In this document: piece by piece, positions 1-10,034 of the stretch
How the letters are laid out: every line of letters begins with the position of its first letter
Numbering within the stretch: position 1 is the stretch's first letter
From: Phycisphaerae bacterium
GTDB lineage: Bacteria > Planctomycetota > Phycisphaerae > Sedimentisphaerales > Anaerohalosphaeraceae
Length of the DNA: 53,468 bases
Direction of reading: 5' to 3'
Assembly (NCBI GenBank): GCA_012517095.1
Contig: JAAYVQ010000268.1
Span: forward strand, 1-53,468
The notes under the pieces: generated by a model
Told to the model about the DNA's origin: nothing
Seen by the model: only the letters and a program-made list of their open reading frames with translations
The model's database searches: none
Translations under genes and position numbers: made by a program

Positions 1-324
1 AAAGCCGCGATTCGAGCCGGAATTCGCCTGCTTCAGCAACAAGCCGGAATGGACGACAGCCGAATCGATCAGGTTCTCTTGGCGGGAGCTTTTGGCAATT
101 ATATTCGAAGAGAAAGCGCGTTGCGGATCGGTTTGTTGCCGGACATACGGGTTGAAAAAATTCACTTTGTAGGCAATGCGGCATCAGCGGGAGCGCAAAT
201 GGCCCTGGTCAGCCGGCAGGCCCGAACGATCGCATCCTTGCTTGCCCGCCAGATTGAATATATTGAAATCGCGCATCAGCCGGTATTTCAGAGCGTTTTC
301 ACGGATTGTCTGATGTTTCCGTAA
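1..324 (+). CDS. ASKHA/DUF4445-type protein (RACo-like family), C-terminal fragment; the 5' end lies outside the window
   Basis: Frame 1 is open from nt 1 (KAAIRAGIRLLQQQAG...) into the listed ORF 49..324. The tail LLAGAFGNYI...FVGNAASAGA...F.DCLMFP resembles the DUF4445 ATPase-like C-terminus as I recall it. Not searched. Confidence 0.55.
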   Translation, partial: KAAIRAGIRLLQQQAGMDDSRIDQVLLAGAFGNYIRRESALRIGLLPDIRVEKIHFVGNAASAGAQMALVSRQARTIASLLARQIEYIEIAHQPVFQSVFTDCLMFP

Positions 325-367
325 TTTCCGCCCAGGATCGGTGCGGGATCTCATCAAGGGAGTTCGA

Positions 368-1684
368 TTAACGGCTGCGCCGCAAATCACAAACGCGAAT
401 TCCGGTCCCCGACTCCTGTAAAGTCTGCGGTTCGACAAATGAGACGCGGATGGCCACATCAAATACGGCTGTAATGCGCTGGGTGATTTGTTTGCGAAGA
501 TTTTCCAGGATTTTGAGCTGATCGAGAGATTGAACCTTGTCGGAGATGCTGACTCGAAGTTCCATCGTGTCCTGACCGGCTTCCTGGTCGAGTACAATCC
601 GGTAATCCGGTCGTGTAATATCCACCTCGTAGAGAATTTTTTCGATCTGTGAAGGGAAGATTCCCATCCCCTGAAAAAAGATCAAATCGTCTGTCCGTGC
701 TGTGACATTGGCCATTCGCAGGAAGGTGCGTCCGCATCGACACGGTTCGGGAAGTATTCGGGTACGGTCGCCGGTTCGGTATCGGATCAAGGGAAATCCC
801 TCGTGAGTCAGCGTCGTCAGGACCAGTTCGCCTTCCTCGCCGGCTTTGACGGCCCGTAAGGTGACGGGATCTATGATCTCGACAAGGAAATGATCCTCGT
901 TGATGTGCAATCCGCTATGTTCCACGCATTCGCCCGCCACGCCCGGGCCGAGGATTTCGTTGATGCTATACATCGCCGTCGCCGTCAGGTGGAATCGTTC
1001 CTGAAGCTGTTGCCGCCGGCACTCATCGAGGGGTTCGCCGCCAAAAATGCCCAGCCGAAGCTGCAGTCGTTCCGGATGGACACGCAAATTCTCCAATCCC
1101 GCGGCAAGAGTTACGGCGTGGCTGGGTGTGGAGATCAGGACCGTCGACTTGAAATCCCGCATGATGACGATCTGCTTTTCCACGCTGGTCGTTAACGACG
1201 CCGGGATTACTGAAGCCCCGAGGTGCTCGACTCCCTGGTGAAAACCGAAGGTGCCGGGATACAAACTGTAGTTCAGGGCGATCTGGACGACATCGTGTTC
1301 GCAAACACCCGCGGACGCCAGCAGCCGCGCAGTACACTCCGTCCAGTTTCGCAAATCGTTACGGGTATAACCGGCAACGATGGGAGCTCCGGTGGTCCCC
1401 GTGGCCGAATGGATTCGGATGATGTCCCGAAGGGGCATAGCGAACATGTCGTAGGGGTAACTTTTCTGCAGGTCCTGCCGCGTGGTAAAGGGTAACTCCA
1501 TCATCCGCGACAGGTCTTTGACCGTTTCGAGGTTGACCCGATGGGCATCGAAAGTCGTCCGGTAGAAATCGACATTCCGATACACGCGATTGAGCGTTGA
1601 TTGCAGTTTCTCGATCTGAAGCTGGGCCAGCTCATCACGGGCGATTCGTTCGCATTTTGGATTGTAAATGATCGTCTGTTTCAT
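368..1684 (-). CDS. paaK: phenylacetate-CoA ligase family (PaaK-like aryl/acyl-CoA ligase)
   Basis: The N-terminus ...IYNPKCERIARDELAQLQIEKLQ..., LPFTTRQDL, SATGTTGAPIV and YRTGDR match PaaK-type adenylate-forming enzymes. I prefer the ATG at 1684; the GTG at 1693 would overlap the livF stop as GTGA. Confidence 0.85.
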   Translation of the reverse strand: MKQTIIYNPKCERIARDELAQLQIEKLQSTLNRVYRNVDFYRTTFDAHRVNLETVKDLSRMMELPFTTRQDLQKSYPYDMFAMPLRDIIRIHSATGTTGAPIVAGYTRNDLRNWTECTARLLASAGVCEHDVVQIALNYSLYPGTFGFHQGVEHLGASVIPASLTTSVEKQIVIMRDFKSTVLISTPSHAVTLAAGLENLRVHPERLQLRLGIFGGEPLDECRRQQLQERFHLTATAMYSINEILGPGVAGECVEHSGLHINEDHFLVEIIDPVTLRAVKAGEEGELVLTTLTHEGFPLIRYRTGDRTRILPEPCRCGRTFLRMANVTARTDDLIFFQGMGIFPSQIEKILYEVDITRPDYRIVLDQEAGQDTMELRVSISDKVQSLDQLKILENLRKQITQRITAVFDVAIRVSFVEPQTLQESGTGIRVCDLRRSR

Positions 1685-1689
1685 GGGAT

Positions 1690-2424
1690 TCACTCGTCGA
1701 TTCGTTGGTATTCTTTGCCGAGATATGCCCGCTGCACTTCGGGATTGTCGGCCAGCTCGTGGTTGGTACCTTCCAGCACAATCTGTCCCGTTTCCATTAC
1801 ATATCCGCGGTCGGCGACGGCCAACGCGGCCCGGGCATTCTGTTCGACCAACAAGATGGTCAGGCCTTTGGATTTTAAAATCGATATCGTATTGAAGATA
1901 TCCTTGACCACCAATGGCGCAACCCCCAGCGAGGGTTCATCCATAATCAAAAGCCGAGGCCGAGACATCAACGCTCGTCCAATGGCGAGCATTTGCTGCT
2001 GGCCTCCCGAAAGTGTTCCCGCCAGTTGGGCTTGCCGATCCCGAAGGATACCGAAGAGGGAATACACCTCCTCCAGGACCTGGTCAATCTCTTTTCGACG
2101 ATTCCGACTCCAGTGCACGAATGCCCCCAATATCAGGTTCTCACGGACGGTCAGAGTGCTGAATATATGGCGTCCCTCCGGGACCAGAGCGCAGCCCCTT
2201 CGAACGATCCGTTCGGCCGACATGGTTTCAATCGGTTGTTTGTTCAACAGGATCATCCCGCAGCGCGGGCGCAGGATTCCGGCGATGGTCTTGAGCAGGG
2301 TCGTCTTCCCGGCTCCGTTGGCCCCGATCAGGGTTACGGCTTCTCCTTGGGAGACATGCAGCGAAATCCCCTTGAGCACGCGAAGCGCTCCATATCCGGC
2401 CTCAAGATTCAGGATTCGCAGCAT
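1690..2424 (-). CDS. livF: branched-chain amino acid ABC transporter ATP-binding protein (LivF-like)
   Basis: MLRILNLEAGYG start, Walker A GANGAGKTT, signature LSGGQQQML, Walker B LLIMDEP. I chose the start at M11 (2424) by homology to LivF N-termini; the longest ORF reaches 2454. Confidence 0.85.
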   Translation of the reverse strand: MLRILNLEAGYGALRVLKGISLHVSQGEAVTLIGANGAGKTTLLKTIAGILRPRCGMILLNKQPIETMSAERIVRRGCALVPEGRHIFSTLTVRENLILGAFVHWSRNRRKEIDQVLEEVYSLFGILRDRQAQLAGTLSGGQQQMLAIGRALMSRPRLLIMDEPSLGVAPLVVKDIFNTISILKSKGLTILLVEQNARAALAVADRGYVMETGQIVLEGTNHELADNPEVQRAYLGKEYQRIDE

Positions 2425-3187
2425 GATCTTCGCCCAGATAAATTCGAATGACATCGGGATTCCGCTGAATCGCCCGGGGGGGGCCTTCGGCGATTTTCTG
2501 GCCCTGGTCCAGTACCAGCACTTCGTCGGATATATTCATGACCAGCGACATGTCATGTTCCACGACCAGGCAAGTTACCCCACGATTTCGGATTTTCAGA
2601 ATCCGATCGGCCAGTTCCTTGGTTTCATAGATGTTCAGGCCGGCGGCGGGCTCGTCGAGCAACAATAAGGCCGGCTCGGTTGCCAGGGCGCGGGCGAATT
2701 CGACCATTCGTTGTTGTCCGAAGGACAGATTACACGCCTGCTCTCCGGCGATCTCGGACAGGCCGAATTCTTCCAGCAGCATCATGGCCTTGGATCGAAT
2801 ATCCTTTTCTTCCCGCCAGGTCCAGGGCAGATTAAACATTCCGGCCAGAAATCCCGCCCGTGTTCGTGGATGTCTGCCCACCATGACATTTTCCAGAACC
2901 GTCATGTGTCCGAATAACTTGGTCGTCTGGTAGGTCCGTGAAATTCCCATCCTGGCGATCGTGTGAGATTTACAGCCGGTGATCGACCGTCCGCGAAAAT
3001 GCACTTGCCCGGAGTGAGGGGCCAGAGTTCCCGCAATCAGATTGAACAAGGTCGTCTTGCCGGCGCCGTTAGGACCGATGACGGCTTTGATCATCCCCTC
3101 CGTTACGGACGAATGAACCGATCGGACGGCTTGGACCCCGCCAAACGAACGACTGATATCCCGAATATCGAGAAGGTAGTTATTCAT
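2402..3187 (-). CDS. livG: branched-chain amino acid ABC transporter ATP-binding protein (LivG-like)
   Basis: Walker A GPNGAGKTT, LSFGQQRMVEFARAL, LLLLDEPAAGLN and the C-terminal ...IRIYLGE typical of LivG. Confidence 0.85.
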   Translation of the reverse strand: MNNYLLDIRDISRSFGGVQAVRSVHSSVTEGMIKAVIGPNGAGKTTLFNLIAGTLAPHSGQVHFRGRSITGCKSHTIARMGISRTYQTTKLFGHMTVLENVMVGRHPRTRAGFLAGMFNLPWTWREEKDIRSKAMMLLEEFGLSEIAGEQACNLSFGQQRMVEFARALATEPALLLLDEPAAGLNIYETKELADRILKIRNRGVTCLVVEHDMSLVMNISDEVLVLDQGQKIAEGPPRAIQRNPDVIRIYLGEDHAANPES

Positions 3188-4244
3188 GCGTCCGCCTTGT
3201 CCACCTCGTTTTCAATCGATCAAGCGGTGGCATTCGCAACAATCCATTCGGGGCATACAACATAATTACAATCAGAATAACCGCAAAAACCGCATCGTCA
3301 TAAGTCCCGAATATGCCTCGTAACGACAGGAAATTCAGCACGATGCCCATCACCATGACTCCCCACAGGTTCGCCATTCCTCCCACCGCGACGATGACCA
3401 CATACCGGACTGATTTCATGACCGTCGCCTCCGACGGGCCGATGCTGCCGTTGTAATGCGTCATGAGGATACCGCCGATAGCGGCGAGAATCGCGCTAAA
3501 GACAAAGGTGGCCAGTTTGTACCGGTACGTGTTGACACCCAGCGAATGGGCCGCCTCTTCATTTTCATGAATGGATCGTAGCGCGCGACCGACGCGGGAA
3601 TGAACGAGTTGAGTTGCCAGAAGCATCATTCCTAACAGGACGACCCATGCGATATAGTAACTTTCCACGCGGAAGGCGGCACGACCATTCACTTCCAACC
3701 CGAAACCCAGCGAAAACGGGGGGACATTTGAAATGCCGTCCGCCTGGCCGAAGAGTTTGGCCCCGATGACGATTCGATAGACAATCAGGCCGAATCCCAA
3801 TGTCGCCATGGCCAGATAATGACCTTTAAGACGGATGACCGGAAGTCCAATCAAAATCGCGATGAGGGCGGTCAGGACCAGGGCCGCCGCACATCCGGCC
3901 CACGAGGAGAACGAAACCATATCGGTTCCGTAGATATCTTTCCAGGGGTGGAGCAATCCCAGGGGACGAAGGGCGGCGATCAGGGTACTGTGTTGGTACG
4001 GCGCAAGATTGATGGTGCACAAGACGGCGGACACATACCCGCCGATGGCAAAGAAACCCGCATGGCCCAGGGAGGCCTGCCCGGCATATCCCATCAATAA
4101 ACACAGTCCTACGACCACCATTGCGTAAAATACCGACATGGTGATCTGCGTCATATAGTAGGTGGCTTCAGTCGCAGACAAGACCAGTTGAGTTGCAACG
4201 ACGATGGCCGCGACGGCAAGAATGGGAAAGTACCGCCGCATCAT
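3180..4244 (-). CDS. livM: branched-chain amino acid ABC transporter permease (LivM-like)
   Basis: Polytopic membrane protein with GQASLGHAGFFAIGGY and HENEEAA motifs typical of LivM. It overlaps livG by 8 nt. Confidence 0.85.
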   Translation of the reverse strand: MMRRYFPILAVAAIVVATQLVLSATEATYYMTQITMSVFYAMVVVGLCLLMGYAGQASLGHAGFFAIGGYVSAVLCTINLAPYQHSTLIAALRPLGLLHPWKDIYGTDMVSFSSWAGCAAALVLTALIAILIGLPVIRLKGHYLAMATLGFGLIVYRIVIGAKLFGQADGISNVPPFSLGFGLEVNGRAAFRVESYYIAWVVLLGMMLLATQLVHSRVGRALRSIHENEEAAHSLGVNTYRYKLATFVFSAILAAIGGILMTHYNGSIGPSEATVMKSVRYVVIVAVGGMANLWGVMVMGIVLNFLSLRGIFGTYDDAVFAVILIVIMLYAPNGLLRMPPLDRLKTRWTRRTHE

Positions 4245-5134
4245 TATTGAGCCCTCATTTCGCCGATTTCACGGCGAGTGAACAGGCCGTGAGGACGAAA
4301 CATCAGAACCAGCAACAATACCACGATCGAGACGGCTTCTTTGTAGGCCGATGCGAATTGGCTGACCGTAAATGATTCCAGAAGGCCCAGCAACAGGCCT
4401 GCGGCGACTGCAGCGGCATTGTTGCCCAGGCCTCCGAGAATCGCCACAGTGAATCCCTTGATGGCCAGCGGAGCCCCCATATCATATTGCGTCTGCGTCA
4501 GGGGGGAGATGACGCAGCCGGCGATCGCTCCGATGCCGGCGCTGAGCATAAACGACAATGTTACCATCCAGCGGTCATTGATGCCGCACAAACGGGCCGC
4601 CATCCGATCGTCGGCGCAAGCCCTCATGGCCTGGCCGGTCAGCGTGAATCGATAAAAAGCCGTCAGCGCAATGACGATCAATCCACAAATCCCCAACACC
4701 CACAAAACCTGGGGCGAAATATGGGCGCCGAAAATCGTCAAAGTCGAGATGGAAGATCCCGTGAAGAACGGCAATGACCGAACAGACTCATCCCAGACAT
4801 GCAGCATTCCTTCACGAATTAAGATCGACAATCCGATCGTGATGACGACAAGGCGAAGCACCGTTGCATTGCCCACGCGCCGGATAAAGGCCCATTCAAT
4901 CACCCCCCCCAGAAGCGTTGTCAGAATCACCGCCGCCGCAATTGCCGCCGGCAAGGGCATCCATTCAGAGAAACTGATTGCTGCCATGGCTCCAACGATC
5001 AGAAACTCGCCCTGGGCGAAGTTGATAATTCCCGTGGCGCAATAAATGATGTTGAATCCGATCGCAACAATTGCATAAACGCTGCCGACAGTGATTCCCG
5101 ACAGACAATACTGAACAAACTGGGGTCCGCTCAT
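4244..5134 (-). CDS. livH: branched-chain amino acid ABC transporter permease (LivH-like)
   Basis: GIINFAQGEF motif and polytopic hydrophobic profile. The stop overlaps the livM start by 1 nt. Confidence 0.85.
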   Translation of the reverse strand: MSGPQFVQYCLSGITVGSVYAIVAIGFNIIYCATGIINFAQGEFLIVGAMAAISFSEWMPLPAAIAAAVILTTLLGGVIEWAFIRRVGNATVLRLVVITIGLSILIREGMLHVWDESVRSLPFFTGSSISTLTIFGAHISPQVLWVLGICGLIVIALTAFYRFTLTGQAMRACADDRMAARLCGINDRWMVTLSFMLSAGIGAIAGCVISPLTQTQYDMGAPLAIKGFTVAILGGLGNNAAAVAAGLLLGLLESFTVSQFASAYKEAVSIVVLLLVLMFRPHGLFTRREIGEMRAQ

Positions 5135-5170
5135 CCGACTATGCTCCGCGGGCCATGCTTGAAAGACAGA

Positions 5171-6364
5171 TTATTTCCCGTAAATGGCGAACTTTCCATC
5201 CTTAACGGTCAACATTTCGAAAGCATCCAGTGTCAGACCATTGTGGTCTTGGGCCGACAAATTGAAAATGCCTGCGGTACCAACCACCCCCTGCAAAGTT
5301 TCAATGGCTGAACGAACAGCTTCAGGTTCAGTATTTTTGGCTTTCTTAATTCCTTCAACGAGAATCAGAAGGGCATCGTAAGCATGGCCGCCGAAAGTGC
5401 TGACATCTTCCTTATACTTTTCTTCGTATTCATTTTTGTATTCTAAAAGCAGCTTCTTTTGGGGATGGTTGTTCGGTAATACATCGGCGACCAACAACCG
5501 ACCGGCCGGGAATATGGTACCATTAGCGGCCTCGCCTCCGGCCTGGACATACTTAATATTGCCGAACCCGTGGCTTTGAAACAGTGGTACTTCGAGACCG
5601 ACTTGTTTCATGTTTTTGGCCACCAAGCTCTGGGCCGGAACGATCGACCAATTGATTACGGCTTGGATGTCTTTGCCTTTTAATTTTGTCAGGATATCGG
5701 TCAGGTCAGTGGCTTGTTTGTCATAGACCTCGGAAATGGCGATGGTTATGCCGCTATCGGGAGCAAGAGCGGCCAATTGTTTGGCTCCGGCCATGCCAAA
5801 ACCATCATTGCTGGAAATGACACCAACCTTTGTTATCCCCTTGTCCTTCATCGTCTTGAATATCCATCGAGCGGCGTCGCTGTCTTTCTGGGGGGTCTTG
5901 AATACGAAACTGGCGACCGGATTGACGATATCTTCAGCCGCAGCGCAGGACAGCAGGATCGTTTTGCCCTCTTGGCAGATCGTTTTGATGGCCATCGTCT
6001 CGCCGCTGGTCGAGGGTCCCAAAATTGCCAGAACCTTGTTCTCGTCGATTAATTGTTTGGTCATCGAGACGGCATTTTCCGGTTTTCCGCCGGTATCTTT
6101 AATGATCAATTCGATCTTGTGCCCTAAAACACCGCCGGATTGATTGATCTTGTCGGCGAACATTTCCAATGTTTTGGATTCCGGAGCCCCCAAAAAGGAT
6201 GCGGGACCCGTGATCGAAAGAACGGCTCCCACCTTGATGGTTTCTTTTGGAGTCACAGGTGTGGGTTGCTTGGTGGATACGGGCTTTGATTTCGAGCATC
6301 CGTTCATCCCGATACCGATGACCATAGCCAGTACGACGCAATAGTTTAAAATTCGCTTGAACAT
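5171..6364 (-). CDS. ABC transporter substrate-binding lipoprotein (LivJ/K, type I periplasmic binding fold)
   Basis: Signal peptide with lipobox (MFKRILNYCVVLAMVIGIGMNGC) and an IKVGAVLSITGPASFLG core typical of Leu/Ile/Val-binding-family proteins. The ATG at 6364 has an AAGGA Shine-Dalgarno 8 nt upstream; the longest ORF starts at a TTG at 6388. Confidence 0.8.
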   Translation of the reverse strand: MFKRILNYCVVLAMVIGIGMNGCSKSKPVSTKQPTPVTPKETIKVGAVLSITGPASFLGAPESKTLEMFADKINQSGGVLGHKIELIIKDTGGKPENAVSMTKQLIDENKVLAILGPSTSGETMAIKTICQEGKTILLSCAAAEDIVNPVASFVFKTPQKDSDAARWIFKTMKDKGITKVGVISSNDGFGMAGAKQLAALAPDSGITIAISEVYDKQATDLTDILTKLKGKDIQAVINWSIVPAQSLVAKNMKQVGLEVPLFQSHGFGNIKYVQAGGEAANGTIFPAGRLLVADVLPNNHPQKKLLLEYKNEYEEKYKEDVSTFGGHAYDALLILVEGIKKAKNTEPEAVRSAIETLQGVVGTAGIFNLSAQDHNGLTLDAFEMLTVKDGKFAIYGK

Positions 6365-6523
6365 CTTCAATTCCTTTCCGACCTCCAAAGGTCAATTTGA
6401 ACAGCCCTGTTTCTATGAACCAGTACAATTTGTACGAGCTCTACACCTTTAATAGAGTATCGATTCGGATTCCTTGCGTCAAGTTCCTCCCTTGGATGTT
6501 TTTCAGATTCCCCAAAATGACCA

Positions 6524-6554
6524 GTCCCGACGGGGAGATTTCGCACGACGGGAC
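6524..6554 (-). terminator. possible intrinsic terminator hairpin after fabF
   Basis: Hairpin GTCCCG-A-CG / CG-A-CGGGAC with a 13-nt loop, 26 nt downstream of the fabF stop. The minus-sense tail UGGUCAUUUUGGGG is only weakly U-rich. Confidence 0.3.
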
Positions 6555-6579
6555 CATGATTCATATGGAGACAAAGGAC

Positions 6580-7824
6580 TTAGATTTTGCCGCAAACCAG
6601 GCAGGAATTGTGTCCGCCGAATCCCAGCGAGTTGCTGATGGCATAATCGACGGGGGCATTTCGAGCCGTCTTTGCTACAAAGTCAATTTGCGCATCGCAT
6701 CGCGGATCGAGGTTGTCTAAATTGATGGTGGGGGGGATCATCCCGGTTTGGATGGTCTTGGCGGTGGCGATCAATTCTACGGCACCGCTGGCTCCGAGTA
6801 GATGTCCCGTACAACTTTTTGTTGAACTGACGGCCAGTCGATTGACATGGTCACCGAATACTGTCCGGATAGCCAGACACTCGGCAACATCATTAAGTTC
6901 AGTACTGGTGCCGTGGGCATTGATATAGCCAACTTTGCCGGGTTCGATTTCGGCGACTTCCAGCGCCAATCGCATCGCGTCTGCGGCGCCTTTGCCGTCG
7001 GGCAGGGGAGCGGTGATGTGATGGCCGTCTCCGGTGGCTGCATACCCCAGAAACTCGCAGTAGATATTCGCGCCTCGTCTTCGGGCATGCTCAAGTTCTT
7101 CGAGAATGACGACCCCCGCGCCTTCCGAGAGAACAAAGCCATCCCGGTCCTTGTCAAACGGCCGGGAAGCGGTTTCCGGGCTGTCGTTACGGGTGCTAAG
7201 GGATTTGAGGGCACAGAAAGAGGCCAGGCCGATCGGCGATACGGCCGCTTCTGAACCTCCGGTGACGGAGATATCGCTTCGGCCGCTGAGGATATTGTAA
7301 TAGGCCTCCCCGATGGCATTGCTGGCCGATGCGCAGGCCGTCACCACACACATATTGGGACCGGTCAGCCCCCAAAAGATCGAGATCGTCCCACAGGCGG
7401 CATTCCCCATCAGCTTGGGTACGCAGAACGGCGAAACTTTTCGGGGACCTTTGTTCAACAGCCGAACATATTGTTCCTCGATTTCCTGAATCCCACCAAT
7501 GCCGGTCCCGACAATCACGCTGACCCGGTCTTTCCGCTCCCGTTCGAAATCCAAACCGCTATCGCGGACCGCCTCAATCGCCGAAGCCAGAGCCAACTGG
7601 GTGAACCTGTCCATTCGTTTGACTTCCCGCGAGGGAATGACCTTTTCGGGATCAAAATGCCGAATTTCGCCCCCGAACTTGACTGGATATTCAGAAGTGT
7701 CGAACGATTGGATTGTGGAGATTCCGCTTTTCCCCGCGCATAACGCGGAAAACAGGGAATCAGCGGAATCCCCAAGCGATGTAACGCATCCCATCCCGGT
7801 GATGACAACCCGACGCTTACTCAT
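6580..7824 (-). CDS. fabF: beta-ketoacyl-ACP synthase II
   Basis: MSKRRVVITGMG start, active-site ACASA, HGTST and GFGGHN motifs. Last gene of the fab operon. Confidence 0.95.
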   Translation of the reverse strand: MSKRRVVITGMGCVTSLGDSADSLFSALCAGKSGISTIQSFDTSEYPVKFGGEIRHFDPEKVIPSREVKRMDRFTQLALASAIEAVRDSGLDFERERKDRVSVIVGTGIGGIQEIEEQYVRLLNKGPRKVSPFCVPKLMGNAACGTISIFWGLTGPNMCVVTACASASNAIGEAYYNILSGRSDISVTGGSEAAVSPIGLASFCALKSLSTRNDSPETASRPFDKDRDGFVLSEGAGVVILEELEHARRRGANIYCEFLGYAATGDGHHITAPLPDGKGAADAMRLALEVAEIEPGKVGYINAHGTSTELNDVAECLAIRTVFGDHVNRLAVSSTKSCTGHLLGASGAVELIATAKTIQTGMIPPTINLDNLDPRCDAQIDFVAKTARNAPVDYAISNSLGFGGHNSCLVCGKI

Positions 7825-7836
7825 AGATCCCCGAGG

Positions 7837-8106
7837 TCAGGATTCCTTCTTCTGGTTCTTGACGATGTTGACAATGTAATCGATCGCGGCACCGACGGTC
7901 TGAATCTTTTCCGCCTCTTCGTCCGGGATGCTCATATCGAACTCATCTTCAAACTCCATAACCAGTTCGACGGTATCCAGAGAATCGGCATTCAGATCAT
8001 TGATGAATGAGGTTTCGCGCGTGATTTCGGACTTATCCACGCCCATTTGCTCGCTGACGATCTCGATAACTTTTGCTTCAATGACACCGACATCAATATC
8101 ACTCAC
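7837..8106 (-). CDS. acpP: acyl carrier protein
   Basis: [20 protein letters not shown] phosphopantetheine-attachment motif. The GTG at 8106 is preceded by a GGAGG 9 nt upstream; the upstream ATG at 8127 (longest ORF) would place that Shine-Dalgarno inside the coding sequence. Confidence 0.9.
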   Translation of the reverse strand: MSDIDVGVIEAKVIEIVSEQMGVDKSEITRETSFINDLNADSLDTVELVMEFEDEFDMSIPDEEAEKIQTVGAAIDYIVNIVKNQKKES

Positions 8107-8284
8107 GGTTGGAAGCCTCCAATTCATATCCTAATTGACTTTGCTGGTTTCAATCCGTTATATGTTTCCGACGATCTCCCGGCGGGCAAACCCGGAGCGC
8201 CGGAAAGTTCCGCGGTACTATACCCATGCGAATGGGCTTTTTCAACCTTATTTTTCATTTTTCTTGGGCTGATTCGCTGATTCT

Positions 8285-9022
8285 TTACATGGCCATTCCA
8301 CCGTCCACGCACAGGACTTGTCCGGTGATATACCCGGATTCGTCCTCGGCCAGGAAAGCCACCGCTCGGGCGACATCCGTTACCGTCCCCATCCGCTTGA
8401 CGGGAATCACTTCCATGGCGGCATCTTTGACCTGTTGGGGCAGAACATCCGTCATTTCCGTCTGAATAAAACCGGGAGCGATACAGTTGGCGGTGATATT
8501 TTTTTTGCCGACCTCGCGGGCGATGGACTTGGTCATGCCGATCAGGCCCGCTTTACTGGCCGCGTAATTGGCCGAACCGGCCTGGCCCATGACTCCGGCT
8601 ACCGAACTGATGTTGATAATCCGTCCGAATTTGTTCCGGACCATCGACCGAAGGACGGTCTTGGTGGCCATAAAGGCGGCCCGAAGATTGACGGCCATCA
8701 ATTTGTCGTAATCGTCAGCGTCCATCTGCATCATCAATTTATCGCGGGTGATGCCCGCGTTGTTGACCAGAATTCCCACTCCGCCGAATTCGTCCGCAAG
8801 CCCGTCCAGCGTTTCGGTTAATTTGACGTCGTTGGTAATATCGACGCAACGGGTAATTACCGAGTACCCCGCCTCCTTGGCCACGGTTTCCAGTTGCCTG
8901 AGTTGTTCGGCGTTCAGGTCCAGGCCGACCACCGTTCGACCCTGTTTGAGAAGGGCCAGCACGATAGCCCGACCGATTCCCCGGGCGGCTCCAGTTACAA
9001 CCGCTAAGCGTTTGTCTGACAT
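8285..9022 (-). CDS. fabG: 3-oxoacyl-ACP reductase
   Basis: TGAARGIG Rossmann motif, NNAGI and YAASKAG catalytic motif; position in the fab operon. Confidence 0.9.
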   Translation of the reverse strand: MSDKRLAVVTGAARGIGRAIVLALLKQGRTVVGLDLNAEQLRQLETVAKEAGYSVITRCVDITNDVKLTETLDGLADEFGGVGILVNNAGITRDKLMMQMDADDYDKLMAVNLRAAFMATKTVLRSMVRNKFGRIINISSVAGVMGQAGSANYAASKAGLIGMTKSIAREVGKKNITANCIAPGFIQTEMTDVLPQQVKDAAMEVIPVKRMGTVTDVARAVAFLAEDESGYITGQVLCVDGGMAM

Positions 9023-9069
9023 CGTCTTGATCTCCCAATCATTCTCTGATGCAGCCGTTCCCGAAGAGG

Positions 9070-10005
9070 TTAACCCAACACCGCATTCAGAGATTCGAGG
9101 TTGCTGATATTAATGACATTGGCCCGGCGATGAATCCGTTTCATCAGGCCCGTCAGGACGCGACCGGGACCGATTTCATAGAATGTTTCAATACCGTCGG
9201 CCAACAGTTTTTCCATACACTTTTGCCACAGGATCGGTTCGAGGAGTTGGCGAATCAACCCCTGTCGGATTCCGTGAGCCGTTGTATAATCCTCGGCGCA
9301 GATGTTGGCAATCACCCGAATTCCGGAGGGATCCGATAGCGGGCAACCGGCCAACGCTTTGTCCAGCGCTACGGCCGCCGGTCGCATCATTTCACTGTGA
9401 AATGCTCCGGCAACCTTCAGCTCGATGGCCTTGGTGGCCCCCATTTTCTCGGCGATCGGAACCGACCGTTTACAGGCGGCTGTAGCCCCGCTGATGACGA
9501 TCTGGCCGGGACAATTAAAATTGGCCGGAACCAGCAGTTGTCCCTGGGCAGCATCGGCGCACAATTGTCGAACCTGCAGCTCATCCATCCCGAGGATGCT
9601 GACCATTCCTCCCTCGGAGGCCTCGGCCGCCGCCTGCATCGCCTCGCCGCGTTTTTGTACCAAACGGAGAGCGTTTTCAAAATCGATCAGCCCAGCCGCA
9701 TACAAGGCGGTGTATTCGCCCAAACTTAGACCCGCGGTTACATCCGGCCGAATCGAAGCAGTTTTGGGGTGATTTCGAAGGATTTCCAGGATTGCGGCCG
9801 AGACCGTGAAAATCGCCGGCTGCGAGACGGTGGTCGAATTAAGCTTGTCTTCCGGTCCCGAAAAGCACAAGGCCTTCAGATCATATCCGACGACTCGATT
9901 GGCCCGGTCGAAGAAATCATTGGCAACCGGCCAGGCCGAAGCAATGTCGGCGCCCATGCCCACAACCTGTGCGCCCTGACCCGGAAATAAAAATGCGGTT
10001 TTCAT
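9070..10005 (-). CDS. fabD: malonyl-CoA:ACP transacylase
   Basis: MKTAFLFPGQGAQ start and GLSLGEY active-site motif. The longest ORF (to 10131) adds 42 non-homologous residues and would overlap fabH, so I chose the start at 10005. Confidence 0.9.
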   Translation of the reverse strand: MKTAFLFPGQGAQVVGMGADIASAWPVANDFFDRANRVVGYDLKALCFSGPEDKLNSTTVSQPAIFTVSAAILEILRNHPKTASIRPDVTAGLSLGEYTALYAAGLIDFENALRLVQKRGEAMQAAAEASEGGMVSILGMDELQVRQLCADAAQGQLLVPANFNCPGQIVISGATAACKRSVPIAEKMGATKAIELKVAGAFHSEMMRPAAVALDKALAGCPLSDPSGIRVIANICAEDYTTAHGIRQGLIRQLLEPILWQKCMEKLLADGIETFYEIGPGRVLTGLMKRIHRRANVINISNLESLNAVLG

Positions 10006-10034
10006 CCTGAAACCAGCTCCTGCAATCCCTGCGG

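Noticed and set aside
1601-2668. 355-aa plus-strand ORF
   Set aside because: It is antisense to livF/livG, which carry clear Walker motifs. It has the Arg/Ser/Pro-rich composition typical of shadow ORFs in GC-rich DNA.
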